A stretch of DNA of 64,000 nucleotides from Malacoraja senta (lineage: Eukaryota). The DNA lies in the NCBI GenBank assembly GCA_038087875.1, contig CM075986.1:930001-994000 (forward strand). The letters are read 5' to 3'. Below, piece after piece: positions 36,995-49,990 of this stretch (position 1 is the stretch's first letter; each line of letters starts with the position of its first letter). The position numbers and the translations under genes are program-made. Below the pieces are notes generated by a model, which saw nothing but the letters and a program-made list of their open reading frames with translations, did no database searches and was not told the DNA's origin.

Positions 36995-37012
36995 CTGCGA
37001 CTTCTCCTGCTG
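36995..37012 (-). CDS. Candidate 18-nt microexon (QQEKSQ in phase 0)
   Basis: Reverse strand cttgtcttttcacag|CAGCAGGAGAAGTCGCAG|gtatga. Splice signals only; no homology. Confidence 0.25.
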
Positions 37013-37444
37013 CTGTGAAAAGACAAGTATCAAGGACATGTGTCATAATGGATAGGAATAGAATTAGGCCATTCAGCCCATCAAGTCTACTCCACCATTC
37101 AATCATGGCTGATCTATCTCTCTCTCCTAACCGCATTCTACCTTCTCCCCATAACCCCTGACCAGTTCCAAATATTTCTCTATGCGTGATGTTGTCCGCA
37201 GTATTTCTGTCCGTCAAGAAGACCAGCAATAGTTTGCCTTGATTTCTGACACTCAGATTTTTATGAGGACTTTCTTGCTTCAGTGCTTCCTGCAGATTCA
37301 GCTTTTTTATGAACAAATGTTTGCATCCATGACTGATTTGATTGTTTGCTGGTAATAAATGCTTCAGTCAAATTGGAACTATTGACCCCAAGGAGTCTGA
37401 TTCAAATCATTGCATATACCATACAAATTAATTCCAAATTTATA

Positions 37445-37735
37445 TCAAAAAACAGAATGCTGGAGGAACTTAGCAGATCAAGCAGCATCTGTGGATGAAG
37501 TGGACAGACAACTTTTGGGGTTGGGACCCATCTTCAGACTGATGGAGTAGGGAGTAAAAGCTGGAAAAGAGAGGTGGGGGTGGGGATTGGGACAAATCTG
37601 GCAAGTGATAGGTAGATACAGGTGGGGTACATGGCAGATGAATGGAGATAGTGACAAACCTTGAGGTGAAAAGGAGACAAAAGAAAGGAAGAATGAAACA
37701 TAAAGCCAGCAAGAGGAATATGTTTGGTTGGTGAA
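37445..37735 (-). mobile_element. Penelope 3' UTR fragment with hammerhead-like core
   Basis: Reverse strand CAGTCTGAAGATGGGTCCCAACCCCAAAAGTTGTC. Confidence 0.6.
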
Positions 37736-37744
37736 CTTGCCCAC

Positions 37745-39030
37745 ACTATACACCATGTCCCTTCTTCACTAGTCCCACCTACCTGCATTTGGCCCATATC
37801 GCTCCAAAACTGTCCTATCCATGTACCTGCCTATTTGTTTCTTAAACATTGCAATAATCCCAGCCTCAACTACCTCTTCTGGCAGCTTGTTCCATACACC
37901 TACCACCCTTTGTGTGAAAAAGTTACCCCTCAGATTTCTATTAAATCTTTCCTCCTTCACCTTAAATCTATGTCCTCTGGTGCTTGATTCCCCTATTCTG
38001 GGCAAGAGACTCTGTGCGCCTACCCGATCTATTACTCTCACAATTTTATTCTACTTATCCTGCATTCCAAGGAATAGAGTCCCAGCCTGTTTGACCTCTC
38101 CTGAGAGCTCAGACACTTGTGTCCTGGCACTATCCTCATAAATATTCTCTGTACCCTTTGCAACTTGATAACATCTTTTATGTAACATGGTGACCAGACT
38201 GAACACAATATTGTAAATGCGGCCTCACCAATGCATTATACAAGTGCAACATGACCTCCCAACTTCTGTACTCAATAGACACAAAAAGCTGGAGTAACTC
38301 AGCATCTCTGAAGAAAAGGAATAGGTAACGTTTTGGGTCGAGACCTTCCTTCGGTTTATACTCAATCTCTGACTGATGAAGGCCAATATGCCAAAAGCCT
38401 TCTTGACCAACTTATCTACCTGTGATGCCATCTTCAAGGAACGATGTGCCTGCACTCCTAGATTCCCCTGTTCTACAACACTCCCCTGGCAACTACCATT
38501 CACTGTGTAAGATCCTGCCCATGTTAGACTCTTCAAAATGAAACACCTCACATTTCTCTGTATTAAATTCCATCAACTCATCCTCAGCTCACCTGGCCAA
38601 TCGATCACGATCCTGCTGCAATTTATAACATTTATCTTCACTATCTGCAAAACCACCCTATTTTGTATCATCCCCAAAACCTGCTAATCATACCATTTGC
38701 AACCAAATCATTGATATAGATGATAAACAGTAATGGGCCCTGCACTGACCCTGAGGCATACCACTAGTTGCAGGCCTCCAGTCCAAGAAGCAACCTTACA
38801 CCATCACCCTCTGCTTCCTTACATGAAGCCAATTTTCTATCCATTCAGCTATCTCTCCTTGGATCCCATGCGATCTAACCTTCTAGAGCAGCCTACCATG
38901 CGGAACCTTGTCAAGTACTTTGTTGAAGTCCATATATACAACATCTACAGCTCTACACTCATCAACATTTTTGGTCACATCTACAAAAAACTCAATCAGA
39001 TTTGTGAGACACTACCTCCCATGTACAAAA
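37745..39030 (-). mobile_element. CR1 ORF2 3' fragment (older subfamily)
   Basis: RGHRFKVKEERF..NFFTQRVVGVWN..YGPNAGRWD, with degenerate RT upstream. Confidence 0.85.
38277..38358 (-). mobile_element. 82-bp solo hammerhead-type Penelope-derived insert with TSD
   Basis: Interrupts a CR1. TSD TACTCAAT at 38269-38276 and 38359-38366. Confidence 0.75.
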
Positions 39031-40069
39031 AGATGCTAACTCAAAAAGATGCTCATTCATGTATAACCCTCAGTCACAGGTGAAGAGAAGGGATACATTG
39101 CAACATTTAAAGAAAAGTAGATTATTGGCACATCAACTTTCCCCAGAATTCATTTTATCTCTTTGCCACAGTTAATAGCATTGAAATGGGAAAGACTACA
39201 ATCATTGCCCAAAGCAGGCAGACTTTATTTCCATCAAATGAACCCATCAACAAGTACTTCAGACAAGCATTTCTTAATTTGAGTTCTTGTTATTCGGCTT
39301 GGATTTTTTTTTAAATGAGCCTAGCCAACTGCCATTTGGACAGCCTGTGGCAGTGAAATGCTCTGCCTGTAATTAAATTGCGAGAATTACATCGCACTCT
39401 CCCAGCACAATGTCATTTCTTCATGCACAGACACTCATACGTAAAACTTATTAGCCTATCACACTAGTGAAAGAATTCACATGAAATACTGCCACCTATC
39501 TTCTCTTCATTAACGATTTGAATCAGGCAGTAATGAAAAATATCTATTCTGATCTCACTGAAAAATCAAAAGTTGCAGTGAAATGGATTGGAGAGTATGG
39601 TGAAGTGAACTAGCTGCATGGTAAAAGGTAATGCATATTTTATACTCAGGCTATGTACACAGCAGATGTATTCAAAACAATGTTGACAGATACTCACTCA
39701 GCACCAAACAAAAGGAATTAGAGGTTGCTGCTGAATCAGGAATAAAAAACAAAAATGATTGAAACTGCTTGTTTATTATCTACTTTCAGTTCAGACTTTT
39801 CTATCTGGTTTCCAAATCCCCCCCCCCCTTTCTACCCCACAGCCCCCTTCCTCCCTCCCCTTTACCCCACCTGCACTCCCACCTATTCCCCCCACCTCTT
39901 ACTCCTGGCTTCATAATTCGCAACAATTCATTCCTGTCTCTCACCTTCTGCTTTTATCTCTGGTATTTGTTCTAACCATCTGCCTATCAAACACCCCTCC
40001 CCCCCCCCTTGTCTTAATCCACCTATTAGCTGCCATGCTTTGTCTTGCCTCTCCCCTCTTCCAGCTTCC

Positions 40070-40370
40070 TTGTTGGTGGAGAAACAGCATGGAAACTGGC
40101 CCTTCAGCCACACCAGGTCCGAGCCAACCAACGATCACCCTGCACACTAGCACATTCCTACATACTAGGGATGATTTACCAATTATAGAAGCCAATTAAT
40201 CTACAACCCTGTACATCTTTGGAGTGTGGGAGGGAACTGATCCACCGGAGAAAACTCACGCAGTCACAGGGAGAATAACAAACTCTGTACAGACAGCACC
40301 CATAGTTAGGATCAAACCGCATCTCTGGTGCTGTAAGGCAGCAACTCTACCGCAGCGCCACATGCCGCCA
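40070..40370 (-). mobile_element. HE1-like V-SINE
   Basis: Same family head and V-domain. Confidence 0.8.
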
Positions 40371-41612
40371 TGATTCACAGTCAGATATTTCCTGTGTAGA
40401 GATACACTCATAGGTGCTTTTTTTCAGAAATAATTTAAACACCAGCCCCCATCTTCTGACATCTGGGTTTGTGTCAATATTTTTCTCAACAGTGCTCCCT
40501 GTGAATACAAGACAAGAGTGGAACTACCAATTACAAATGAGCTCTATCAAGAGCTGCCTTTGGCTCTTTAATCACAGCTTTTTGTATTTGTAAGTTAAAA
40601 TAAATCATTGCCACATGGATATATAACAGTTATTTACTTTGTTTGAAAATATACTTATTAACAAGAGACCAAATCAATTGACACAAACCCCATCATCAAG
40701 TGTTGGATGACGCAACATGTGGCATTATTTTAATCTGATGTAGTACATATTACTCTGCAAAGCAAATTTCTCGCTATTTGAAGTTTGGCTCCATAAGAAA
40801 CTTGATTCTAACATTTCAAGGCTGTAATACTTCTCAATTTAGAATACTGACAGGTACTTGAGTACCATACTCTTGGCTTCTAATGTGATTGATTCATCAC
40901 AGTTTAGCTGACGGAATATTACATGTGAAGGTAAAGGGAAATATTGTTGCATTAAATTATTATTGATTTGATTTACTTCTTGCCACATTTTGTTGAAAGA
41001 AAGTATTTTGGAAAATACATTGCTGCATCTACTATGAATGTCATAAAGCACTTCAGATGTAGTTAAAATGAAGTTCCTAAAGCCCATTGCAAAATAAAAC
41101 AAAGTTTGACTCTACGTCTTGGAATATCATGACTATAGCAATGAGCTGTGTACTGGGCAATGGTTGTGTCCTCTACAGGTATAGATTACCCAGACAAATT
41201 ATCATATGCAGAACAAATAATCATCATTCTAATTTGTAAAGACAACCCTAAATTTAAAAAAAAATCAGAGTAAGAAGAATAAATCACAGAAATTTTTCAG
41301 AAAACCATTTCAAACATTTAATTAAATATTGCAATGAAGAGCTGCATTTACACTTTTAATTAGTAAAGCCTCCCAAGATGCTTTATAAAAAATGAAAGAT
41401 CACATCGAATTTCTAAGAGATATAGATGGTTTCATTTAGCATTGATATCATCCCTTCCATGATTAGCATAATTTCTGTTTTCATAAACTATGGTCATATA
41501 AAATGAACTAAAGTTTTTTTTAATGATTTTGGATCTGGGGATGGTCCTTCGAGACCACCTGCAGCTCCCTCTCCTGCCAGCCAGCAACCATCTACTAGCC
41601 TGACTCCGGTGG

Positions 41613-42440
41613 AACATAGAAACATAGAAACATAGAAAATAGGTGCAGGAGTTGGCCATTCGGCCCTTCGAGCCTGCACCGCCATTCAATATGTTCATGG
41701 CTGATCATCCAACTCAGTATCCTGTACCTGTCTTCTCTCCATACCGCCTGATCCCCTTAGCCACAAGGGCCACATCTAACTCCCTCTTAAATATAGCCAA
41801 TGAACTGGCCTCAACTACCTTCTGTGGCAGAAAATTCCAGAGATCCACCACTCTCTGTGTGAAAAATGTTTTTCTCATCTCGGTCCTAAAAGACTTCCCC
41901 CTTATCCTTAAACTATGACCCCTTGTTCTGGACTTCCACAACATCGGGAACAATCTTCCTGCATCTAGCCTGTCCAACCCCTTAAGAATTTTGTGAGTTT
42001 CTATAAGATCCCCCCTCAATCTTCTAAATTCTAGCGAGTACAAGCCGAGTATATCCAGTCTTTCTACATATGAAAGTCCTGACATCCCAGGAATCAGTCT
42101 GGTGAACCTTCTCTGTACTCCCTCTATGGCAAGAATGTCTTTCCTCAGATTAGGAGACCAAAGCTGTACGCAATACTCCAGGTGTGGTCTCAACAAGACC
42201 CTGTACAACCGCAGTAGAACCTCCCTGCTCCTATACTCAAATCCTTTTGCTATGAATGCTAACATACCATTCGCTTTCTTCACTGCCTGCTGCACCTGCA
42301 TGCCTACTTTCAATGACTGGTGGACCATGACACCCAGGTCTCGTTGCATCTCCCCTTTTCCTAATCGGCCACCATTCAGATAATAGTCTACTTTCCTGTT
42401 TTTGCCACCAAAGTGGATAACCTCACATTATATTGCATAT
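41613..42440 (-). mobile_element. CR1 3' fragment closely related to 4022-7484
   Basis: The 211-aa ORF is nearly identical to the ORF2 C-terminus; (TATGTTTC)n tail. Confidence 0.92.
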
Positions 42441-42790
42441 AGAACAGTAGAGCATGGGAACAGGCCCTTCGGCCCACAACATCCGTGCCGAACATGATAC
42501 CAAGTTAAACTGATCTCTTCTGCCTGCACATCATGCATTAGCCTCCATTCCCTGCATATCCACATGCCTATCCAAAAGCCTCTGAAATGGCACTATCGTA
42601 TCTGCCTCCACCACCATCCTTGGCAATGTGTTCCTGGCACCTAATGCCCTCTGTGTATAAAACCAAACATCTCCTTTAAACTGCCCTTCTCACCTTGAAG
42701 CTGTGCCCTCTGATCTTTGCCATTTCCACTCTGGGACAAAGGTTCCTATTGTTTACCCTATCTGTGGCTCGCATAATTTTATATAGGTGT
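42440..42790 (-). mobile_element. Older CR1 3' fragment
   Basis: GAAACAGGCCCTTCGGCCC-type tail and RGHSFK-like remnant. Confidence 0.65.
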
Positions 42791-44174
42791 AAAGTAGAAC
42801 TGTGTATGAGATCTGTGGAAGATAAAATAAAACAGGTGTAAATGAAATGCACAAAAAGCTGAGTAGTTGATAGTACTTTATTTTTGTAATGATTGGATAT
42901 ATAAACACCTGATTAGTACAGGTGTCAGAGGTTATGGGGAGAAGGCAGGAGAATGGGGTTAGGAGGGAGAGATAGATCTGCAATGATTGAATGGCGAAGT
43001 AGACTTGATGGGCCGAATGGCCTAATTCTATTCATATTCCTTATGACCTTATGAGCTTGGTGCTGGATTTTTTTTAGTTGTGGTAGTCAAGCAAAATAGT
43101 GCAATGAAGAGCTACATAGGGGAGATAAAAGTAGAATTATAGTCAAATGCAAAATAAGGATTGTGTCAATAAAGACCCAGTCCCGTTGACTGCTGATTGA
43201 CTGCCTGACCAGAGATAGACTCGTTACATTTCATCAGTTCTTCATGCTTCTTTTCCTTGCTCCACAGCTATTCGTTAGGACTGAACTCATGGGATTGCTA
43301 GGTCACGCACTATACAGCAGATAAGAATAAATTTGGAGGCCCATTATTGCAAGGCTCTTCCAGATCTAGAGAGAAGCAGAGTTGTTTGAGGAAGCCAGTG
43401 TTCTTGTGTGCATGATTCGCACTGGAATTAAGAACCAGGCAGATAGCCATTGTTTCCTTTTGGATGACTGAAGAACTGAGGAGCCAGCAGTCAGACATAA
43501 AATAGAAGGATTGAGCATGCTACCTGAATACTTGGTGGTGACTGATGGTCTCGACCTGAAACGTCACCCATTCCTTCTCTCCAGAGATGCTGCCTGTCCC
43601 GCTGAGTAACTGCAGCAATTTGTGACTATCATGATGAGTTTGTTCCAGCCAGGGGCCAACTATGCATTCAAGGAATGGAACCCCTTTCTTTTGCAAAACA
43701 TTTGTACTTTAAAAAATGGACCCTTAAGAGATGTAATCGTGGACTGTTGTGAAGGCTGCATGCTTAGAGAACCATATGCTCCCTGTCAAGGGAGGAGGAA
43801 ATTGTTTGTGCCCTCCTGGAATACATGGCATCTGAGATCTCTCAACAGCAGCTGTGAAGTATCCTTTGCTCCATAGAAACTAGAGGCCAGCAGCACCTTA
43901 TCAGCCGCGTAAAATACAATTCTGCTCTGCTCAATAGTTGCAGTAGCATGAAATCCTCGTATGTCCAAACTTAATTCATGAAGCAGAATGTTCGAATACA
44001 TTGCTCTTCACTGAGATGCTGAAAGGGGAAGTGCCCTCAAAAGACTATTAATGGATGTAGATTCCTAATGAAGCCCCTTTTCTCCACCTCCTCCCCCCTC
44101 ATCCAGCAGATTATCCTACTCTACATTCTGTCTCCATTTTCTCCCATTTACACTGTACTCCTTGGAAAATGGTG

Positions 44175-44616
44175 CGGCCAAGCGCAGGCTTGGCGATCGC
44201 TTCGCCCAACACCTCCGCTCAGTTCACAATAACCAACCTGATCTCCTGGTGGCTCAGCACTTCAACTCCCCCTCCCATTCCGAATCCGACCTTTCTGTTC
44301 TGGGCCTCCGCCATTGCCAGAGTGAGGCACAGCGCAAATTGGAGGAACAGTCCCTCATATTTCACTTGGGTAGTTTACACCACAGCGGTATGAACATTGA
44401 CCTCCAATTTCAGGTGGTCCTTGCTTTCTCCCTCCTTCCCCTCCCCCTTCCCAGCTCTCCCACAAGCCCACTGTCGCTGCCTCTTCCTTTCTTTTTCCCG
44501 CCCCCCCCCCCCCGACATCAGTCTGAAGAAGGGTCTCGACCCGAAACATCACCTATTCTTTCTCTCCATAGATGCTGCCTCTCCCGCTGAGTTTCTCCAG
44601 CATTTTTGTCCACCTA
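44175..44616 (+). mobile_element. Penelope-like 3' fragment (GIY-YIG end, UTR, hammerhead core)
   Basis: KRRLGDRFAQHLRSV..VAQHFN..MNID; CTGAAGAAGGGTCTCGACCCGAAACATC at 44523-44550. Confidence 0.88.
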
Positions 44617-44879
44617 CCAAAACAACCTTGTCTGGGAGTAAAGACCTGCTAAAGATTGAACTTGGCAAACAAACCCTACTTATTTGAATATATTCTCTAT
44701 AGAGCATAACATAAACTATAAAGTCCTGTACCTCACTCCGACGCTCTATAAATAAATCGGCTTTAAACTTGAAAGTATCTTATGTCCTCTTAAAGCAGAG
44801 TATGTAGTAGGACCTGACCTCTGCTAAATGGAGCCTCATCCATTTGTACAAAGTGCATGATTTTAGCTGCATTATGGAG

Positions 44880-45330
44880 GCACATAGAACATAGTACATA
44901 GAATGAAGAAAAGTACAGCAGAGGAACAAGCCCAACAGCACTCAATGTCTGTGCCAAACATAATGCCAAGATAAACTAATCTCATTTGTCTGCATGTGAT
45001 TCATATCCCTCCATTCCCTGTATATCCATGTAACTATCCAAAAGCCTCTTAAACGTCACGATCATATCTGCCTCCACCATCACCCCTGGCAGTGCATTCC
45101 AGGCACCCATTGCCCTCTGAGCTGCATGTCTCCTTTAAACTTTGCCCCTTTCACCTTAAAGCTATTCCCTCTTGTCTTTGACAATTCAACACTGCGAGAA
45201 AGATTATAACTGTTTACCCTATCTATGCCTATATATATCAGAACCCCCTCCACTTCTCGCATTCAGAAAAAAACAATCCAAGCCTGTCCACCCTCTCCTT
45301 ATAGCTAATACTCTCTAATCCAAGCAATTT
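44880..45330 (-). mobile_element. Older CR1 3' fragment
   Basis: SKTRGNSFKVKGAKFKGD remnant plus tail. Confidence 0.65.
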
Positions 45331-46744
45331 ATTTCATGCTGTTGTCTTGCACCATGTCATAGCCTGCTGACTGCATACATTCAGAGTAAGCGAGTATCAT
45401 GTGCAGTTCCAATCTTATGAAATTCAGACTGCAAATGTATTTGCAGTCAATGGCTCCCTGCATTGTTATGGGGAGAAGGCAGGAGAATGGGCTTAGGAGG
45501 GAGAGATAGATCAGCCATGATTGAATGGCTGAGTAGACTTGATGGGCTGAATGGCCTACTTCTGCTCCTATCACTTGTGACCTTATGAAAGCTGCATTCC
45601 TGGTGAACCCCAAGTTCCCTGCAAAGGGAGAAATAGACTGACTGACATAATGGAACAAAATCTTGTGCCTGTAACATCCAAATGATGCATACATATTCAG
45701 AAATTTTGCAGTCACCCATTTTCCTAAACACCAAGGTTCAGAAATATATTCTCTGAATTAAAAATATTTCCCTGTGAATTATATTGAAAACAAAATATGG
45801 AAATTGAGAAAATCTTTCAAAAATGTTCGCTGGGAAAGCAATCGTTTAATAAATCCATTAATCTATCTATCAGTTCTTGCCCGGTTACAATGACCTTCAA
45901 GGCCACCTGATCCTGAGCCTTGGTTCCACTGATGGCTGGATATTTTATCAATTTAAGACAGACAAGCTGATTTCAACCTTTACCTGTTGGGAGGAGGTAC
46001 AAATAAATGTAACTTTCATCAACTATCTCACAATGATAATAATAATGTCAGAAAGCTCTGTTAACCCAGAGTATGTCCCATTCTACAGGACCTAAAGAGT
46101 TAATGCAGTGAAAGGAGAGAGAATGCAATAAAGTAAAATAAAATAAGGAAAGTCTAATTGTAGTATAATTTTAATTTTGCTATGAAGGTCCAATATTGTC
46201 ACTATTTGCTGTTTATAGCAGAACATTGAACAAACACTGATGAAGATACAATTTTCCTATGAATAAGTGGATGTTTGTCTCTATAAGTTCCAACTGGAAC
46301 CCTTAAAGAGTTAGATTCATTGAATTATTGTCAGATAATCTTAAACAAAGATGTCATTCTAATTTAAAATGGTTCTCACTGGAAGTGCAGCAGCATGAAA
46401 TTTCTGCTCCTGCTGTTCCCTCACTCTGAGCATAAGGAGGTTTTCAAAGTGAGGTTGGTTGACACATTTAGTGTGGATTTTTGGAACTAATTGTGTGTCC
46501 TATTGAGAGCACCCTCTGCACGGGGAAGGAGTCATGCCAGGAAATCCAGTTTTGCTGCACCATTTAATTGGCTGCAGAAGTTTAACAGACCTGAAATTGT
46601 CAGCAATAGTTTGCACTTGGAAATATTTCTAAAGGCATTCCAACAGGAAGTAGAGCATCCAGGTTTTTTAATACCTCTGTGGGGGCCTTGATGTAATTAA
46701 CAAAGGGACAGCTACTTATAGACTTTAGGCTTTAGAGATACAGC

Positions 46745-47960
46745 CAGGGCCAGATTTAGATGAAGAGAGGCCCTAAGCTATTTCACTTGTGAGGCCCCCC
46801 TCCCAATCCCCCACCCCCACGACTAGAGGACCATGACTACCCGACAGTGACAGCGTGACACTTAGATCCTACTGTATGTTGTCATTAAACAGTTGGTTTT
46901 AAAATACATATTGGATTCACTGCGGAGCGGGCGATTCCTTACCTGGATCGCCGTATGAAGCTCTGGAGTGTTCGGCCTGCTGCTTCAACATCAGAGCTGT
47001 GGTTTGCGGAGCTCCCAGCCTCAGGCCGCGCTGATTTTAATATCGTGGAGCCCTGGGAACCCTTTGCCGAGGGCCGCCAGCATGAATCTCCACCCAGCTC
47101 AGCCTGTGGACTTCGGGAGCCACAGTCTCCAGTAGGAAGTGGCCGATTCGGAAGTTCAAGCCGCTGAGAATGTTCTCCCATTCCGACGTCGGATGGTGAC
47201 CCCCAAATTTCATTGTACCAATGGCCATGAGGGGGGGTCCAAGAGGAGGGGGTCCGTTGGAGACGGGAAAAGGGATCATCAATGGGGGCGAGGACTCCTT
47301 CCCATGGAAGAACGGTGTGAGGCGGAGGCGATGGAAGAAGAGCTCCAAATCGCGGCGGGCGCGAACTCATTGAGGTGGGGACGGAGGGGGACAAAGGTGA
47401 GGCCTCTGCTGAGGACAGACCATTCGGTATCTGAGAGGGGGAGGTCACGGGGAATGGTGAACACACGGCAGGGATGGGGGTTGGGGCCGGAGGAAGGCAG
47501 GTGAGTGGACTGAGGCCAAGGCGATGTCTGGTGGAGGGGTGGTGGGTGGTCAGGTGGTAGGGGGGTATGAGGACTGTAGTGTGGGTGGGGAAGAGCTGGG
47601 GTCACATGGTTTGAGGGCAATGGGGAAGACCCAGTGGAACAGCCACTGAGATTACCAGGGTTGAGGGGGGCCTAGCACTAGGACCCAGCGCAGTCAAAGC
47701 CAGGGGAGTGGGAGTCTGCAGCGTGGAAGCTTCAGGCCCGGTGCTGAGTCCAGGCTGCAGGTAAGGCGATGGCTGCGGGCTGCTGGAGGGCGGTGGAGGG
47801 GTCAGGGTCAGCGGGCAAAGAGTAGGAGGTCCCGGTGGGCGGATGGTCAGTGGGACGGCGAGGTTCAAAGGGTCCGGTGAGGCAGCGAGGTGAGTAGGCC
47901 CCCCTAGATCTCGAGGCCCTAAGTTTAAGCTTGTCTAGCTTATACGTAAATCCGGCCCTG
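46745..47960. mobile_element. Non-autonomous hAT element (1216 bp) carrying a Penelope ORF fragment, inserted in a SINE tail
   Basis: TIR CAGGGCCAGATTTA / TAAATCCGGCCCTG and perfect 8-bp TSD GATACAGC (46737-46744, 47961-47968). Confidence 0.9.
47228..47480 (-). pseudogene. Penelope-like ORF N-terminal fragment
   Basis: PCRVFTIPRDLPLSDTEWSVLSRGLTFVP..ELFFHRLRL..DPFSRLQRTPSSWTPP contains the LSxGLxFxP motif of PLE N-termini. Confidence 0.75.
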
Positions 47961-48220
47961 GATACAGCACGGAAACAAGTCCTTCAGCCCGCCAAGTCCG
48001 TGCTGACCAGCGATCACCCCGTACATTACACACTCGGGACAATTTACATTTTTTACTGAAGCCAATCAACCTACAAACCTGTAGGTCTTTGGAGTGTGGG
48101 AGGAAGCATCTGGAGAAAACCCGTGTGGTCACAGGGAGAGCATACAAACTCCATACAGACAGCACCCATCATCAGGATCGAACCCGGGTCTCTGGCTCTG
48201 CAAAGCTGCAGTTCTATCAC
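47961..48220 (-). mobile_element. HE1-like V-SINE (tail continues at 46719-46744)
   Basis: Family V-domain; split by the hAT insertion. Confidence 0.8.
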
Positions 48221-48307
48221 TGAATATGCAGATGTTTCCAGGTTGTGAATTCAAATCCCCCCCAAAAATTAAGTTCAGTCATTTAAAACAAATTCATTCT
48301 ATTATTT

Positions 48308-48517
48308 GTGTAAGAAGGAACTGCAGATGCTGGTTTAAACTGAAGATAGACACAAAAAGCTGGAGTAACTCAGCGGGACAGGCAGCATCTTTGGAGAGAA
48401 GGAATGGGTGACGTTATGGGTCTGAAGAAGGGTCTCGACCCAAAACATCACCCATTCCTTCTCCCCAGAGAAGCTGCCTGTCCTGCTGAGTTACTCCAGC
48501 TTTTTGTGTCTATCTTC
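48308..48517 (+). mobile_element. Palindromic hammerhead-bearing Penelope-derived element with TSD
   Basis: Long inverted arms around TCTGAAGAAGGGTCTCGACCCAAAACATC. TSD (TTC)ATTCTATTATTT at 48293-48307 and 48515-48529. Confidence 0.88.
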
Positions 48518-48820
48518 ATTCTATTATTTATTCTGAATGGGCTAAAATCTTCCAATATTCCTAGTGTTAATGCATTACCTTTAAATTGTAAACATTGTGA
48601 TAATGTTGGGAATGTGGGTGGAAATTAGTGCAAGATCTCAGAAGAAAGCACCAAAATAACATGAAGATTAATATGTACTTTAACAATATAGGTTACAGGA
48701 TTAATATTGATTTGTAGTGCAAATCAACTTGATGATGAAAAACTTTTTACACAACTTATTAATTTATCGAGAGAGTTGCACAATATGCATTCTAACAAAC
48801 TGTACAATCCAAGCATGTAC

Positions 48821-48934
48821 CTCAGTAACAGAACTGCTACTGGTTGTTGATCTGAAGCATTCCATGACTTCTTCAAAATGCTCTGATTCCTCCAATTCAG
48901 GTTTAGATCCACCACCATTTAACAAAGACATAGC
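48821..48934 (-). CDS. Candidate host coding exon, 114 nt, phase 0/0 (AMSLLNGGGSKPELEESEHFEEVMECFRSTTSSSSVTE)
   Basis: Reverse strand ttttagccctag|GCT..GAG|gtacat. Only one open frame, in non-repeat context. Gene not recognised. Confidence 0.4.
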
Positions 48935-49127
48935 CTAGGGCTAAAATATTTATACTCTTTAAAGCTACTACACTACTACCATGGTTGAGATAAAAGGAAG
49001 TGAGGGATCAAAACAGGGGTACATAGACAATACCATTACTTACTGAGCTGGGGAGTCCTAAAGACAGAGCTGCCAGACAGGTAATGAGTTTGGGTTAGGG
49101 TTAGGGTTAGGACCTGACAAATAAACC

Positions 49128-49327
49128 ATAGAATCAAGGAAATGCAGATGCTGGTTTTACACAACAGGACACAAAGTGCTGGAGTAACACAGCGGGTCAG
49201 GCAGCATCTCTGAACAACATTGACCGTGGTCTGAAGAAGGGTACTGACACGAAACATCACTTATCCACGTTCACTAAAGATGTTGCCTCACCCGCTGAGT
49301 TATTCCAGCACTTTGTGCCATTTTCTA
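49128..49327 (+). mobile_element. Palindromic hammerhead-bearing Penelope-derived element with TSD
   Basis: CTGAAGAAGGGTACTGACACGAAACATC between inverted arms. TSD ACAAATAAACC at 49117-49127 and 49328-49338. Confidence 0.85.
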
Positions 49328-49379
49328 ACAAATAAACCTGGCAGTCCACGATTGCATTTTCAGAAATGATCACTGCATA

Positions 49380-49990
49380 ACCCTATTGGAGATAGCATGC
49401 TGACTTCACATTGAGGGTATCCTCCAAACATGTTCTATGGCACTACAATTGCACCAAGACTCAAAATTCAATGAGACACATGGTCTGAGCATTGAATTTT
49501 CCAACTACGTTATACTCCCCCTATCCCCTCTTTCCTTCCCATGCTCCCAATTCCCACACCAATGCGCTCCCCTTTCTCCCACTACTTCCTACCCACCACC
49601 AGTCAACCTGTTCCTTTCCTCTCCTTCATACGGTCAAATCCAATCCCCAAGTCCCCCATTTCCCTTTTATCTCCACTTTTCCCCCTTCTCCCTATCCCCT
49701 TCCATCCACATTCCTCCCTCTGCATTTCATTCTTCCTCTCCTTATCTGACACCCTTTTGCTCTTTATCACTCTAGCCTTTGTCACTTACTCCACATCTGC
49801 CAAATAAATCCTTCTCCCCTCAGTCGTATCTACCTATCACTTGCAGGCTGTGTTCCACCCTCAGATCTCTACTCCAGCTTTCTCTTTCCTATTCCAATCA
49901 GTCTGAAGATGGATCCCAACCCAAAACGTCACCTGTCCATTGCCTCCACAGATGCAACCTGACCAGCTGAGGTCTGGCACTTTGTGGTTA
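49380..49990 (+). mobile_element. Degenerate Penelope 3' fragment
   Basis: GLSIEFSN-like ORF end, pyrimidine-rich UTR, and CTGAAGAT..AAAACGTCACC. Confidence 0.6.
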
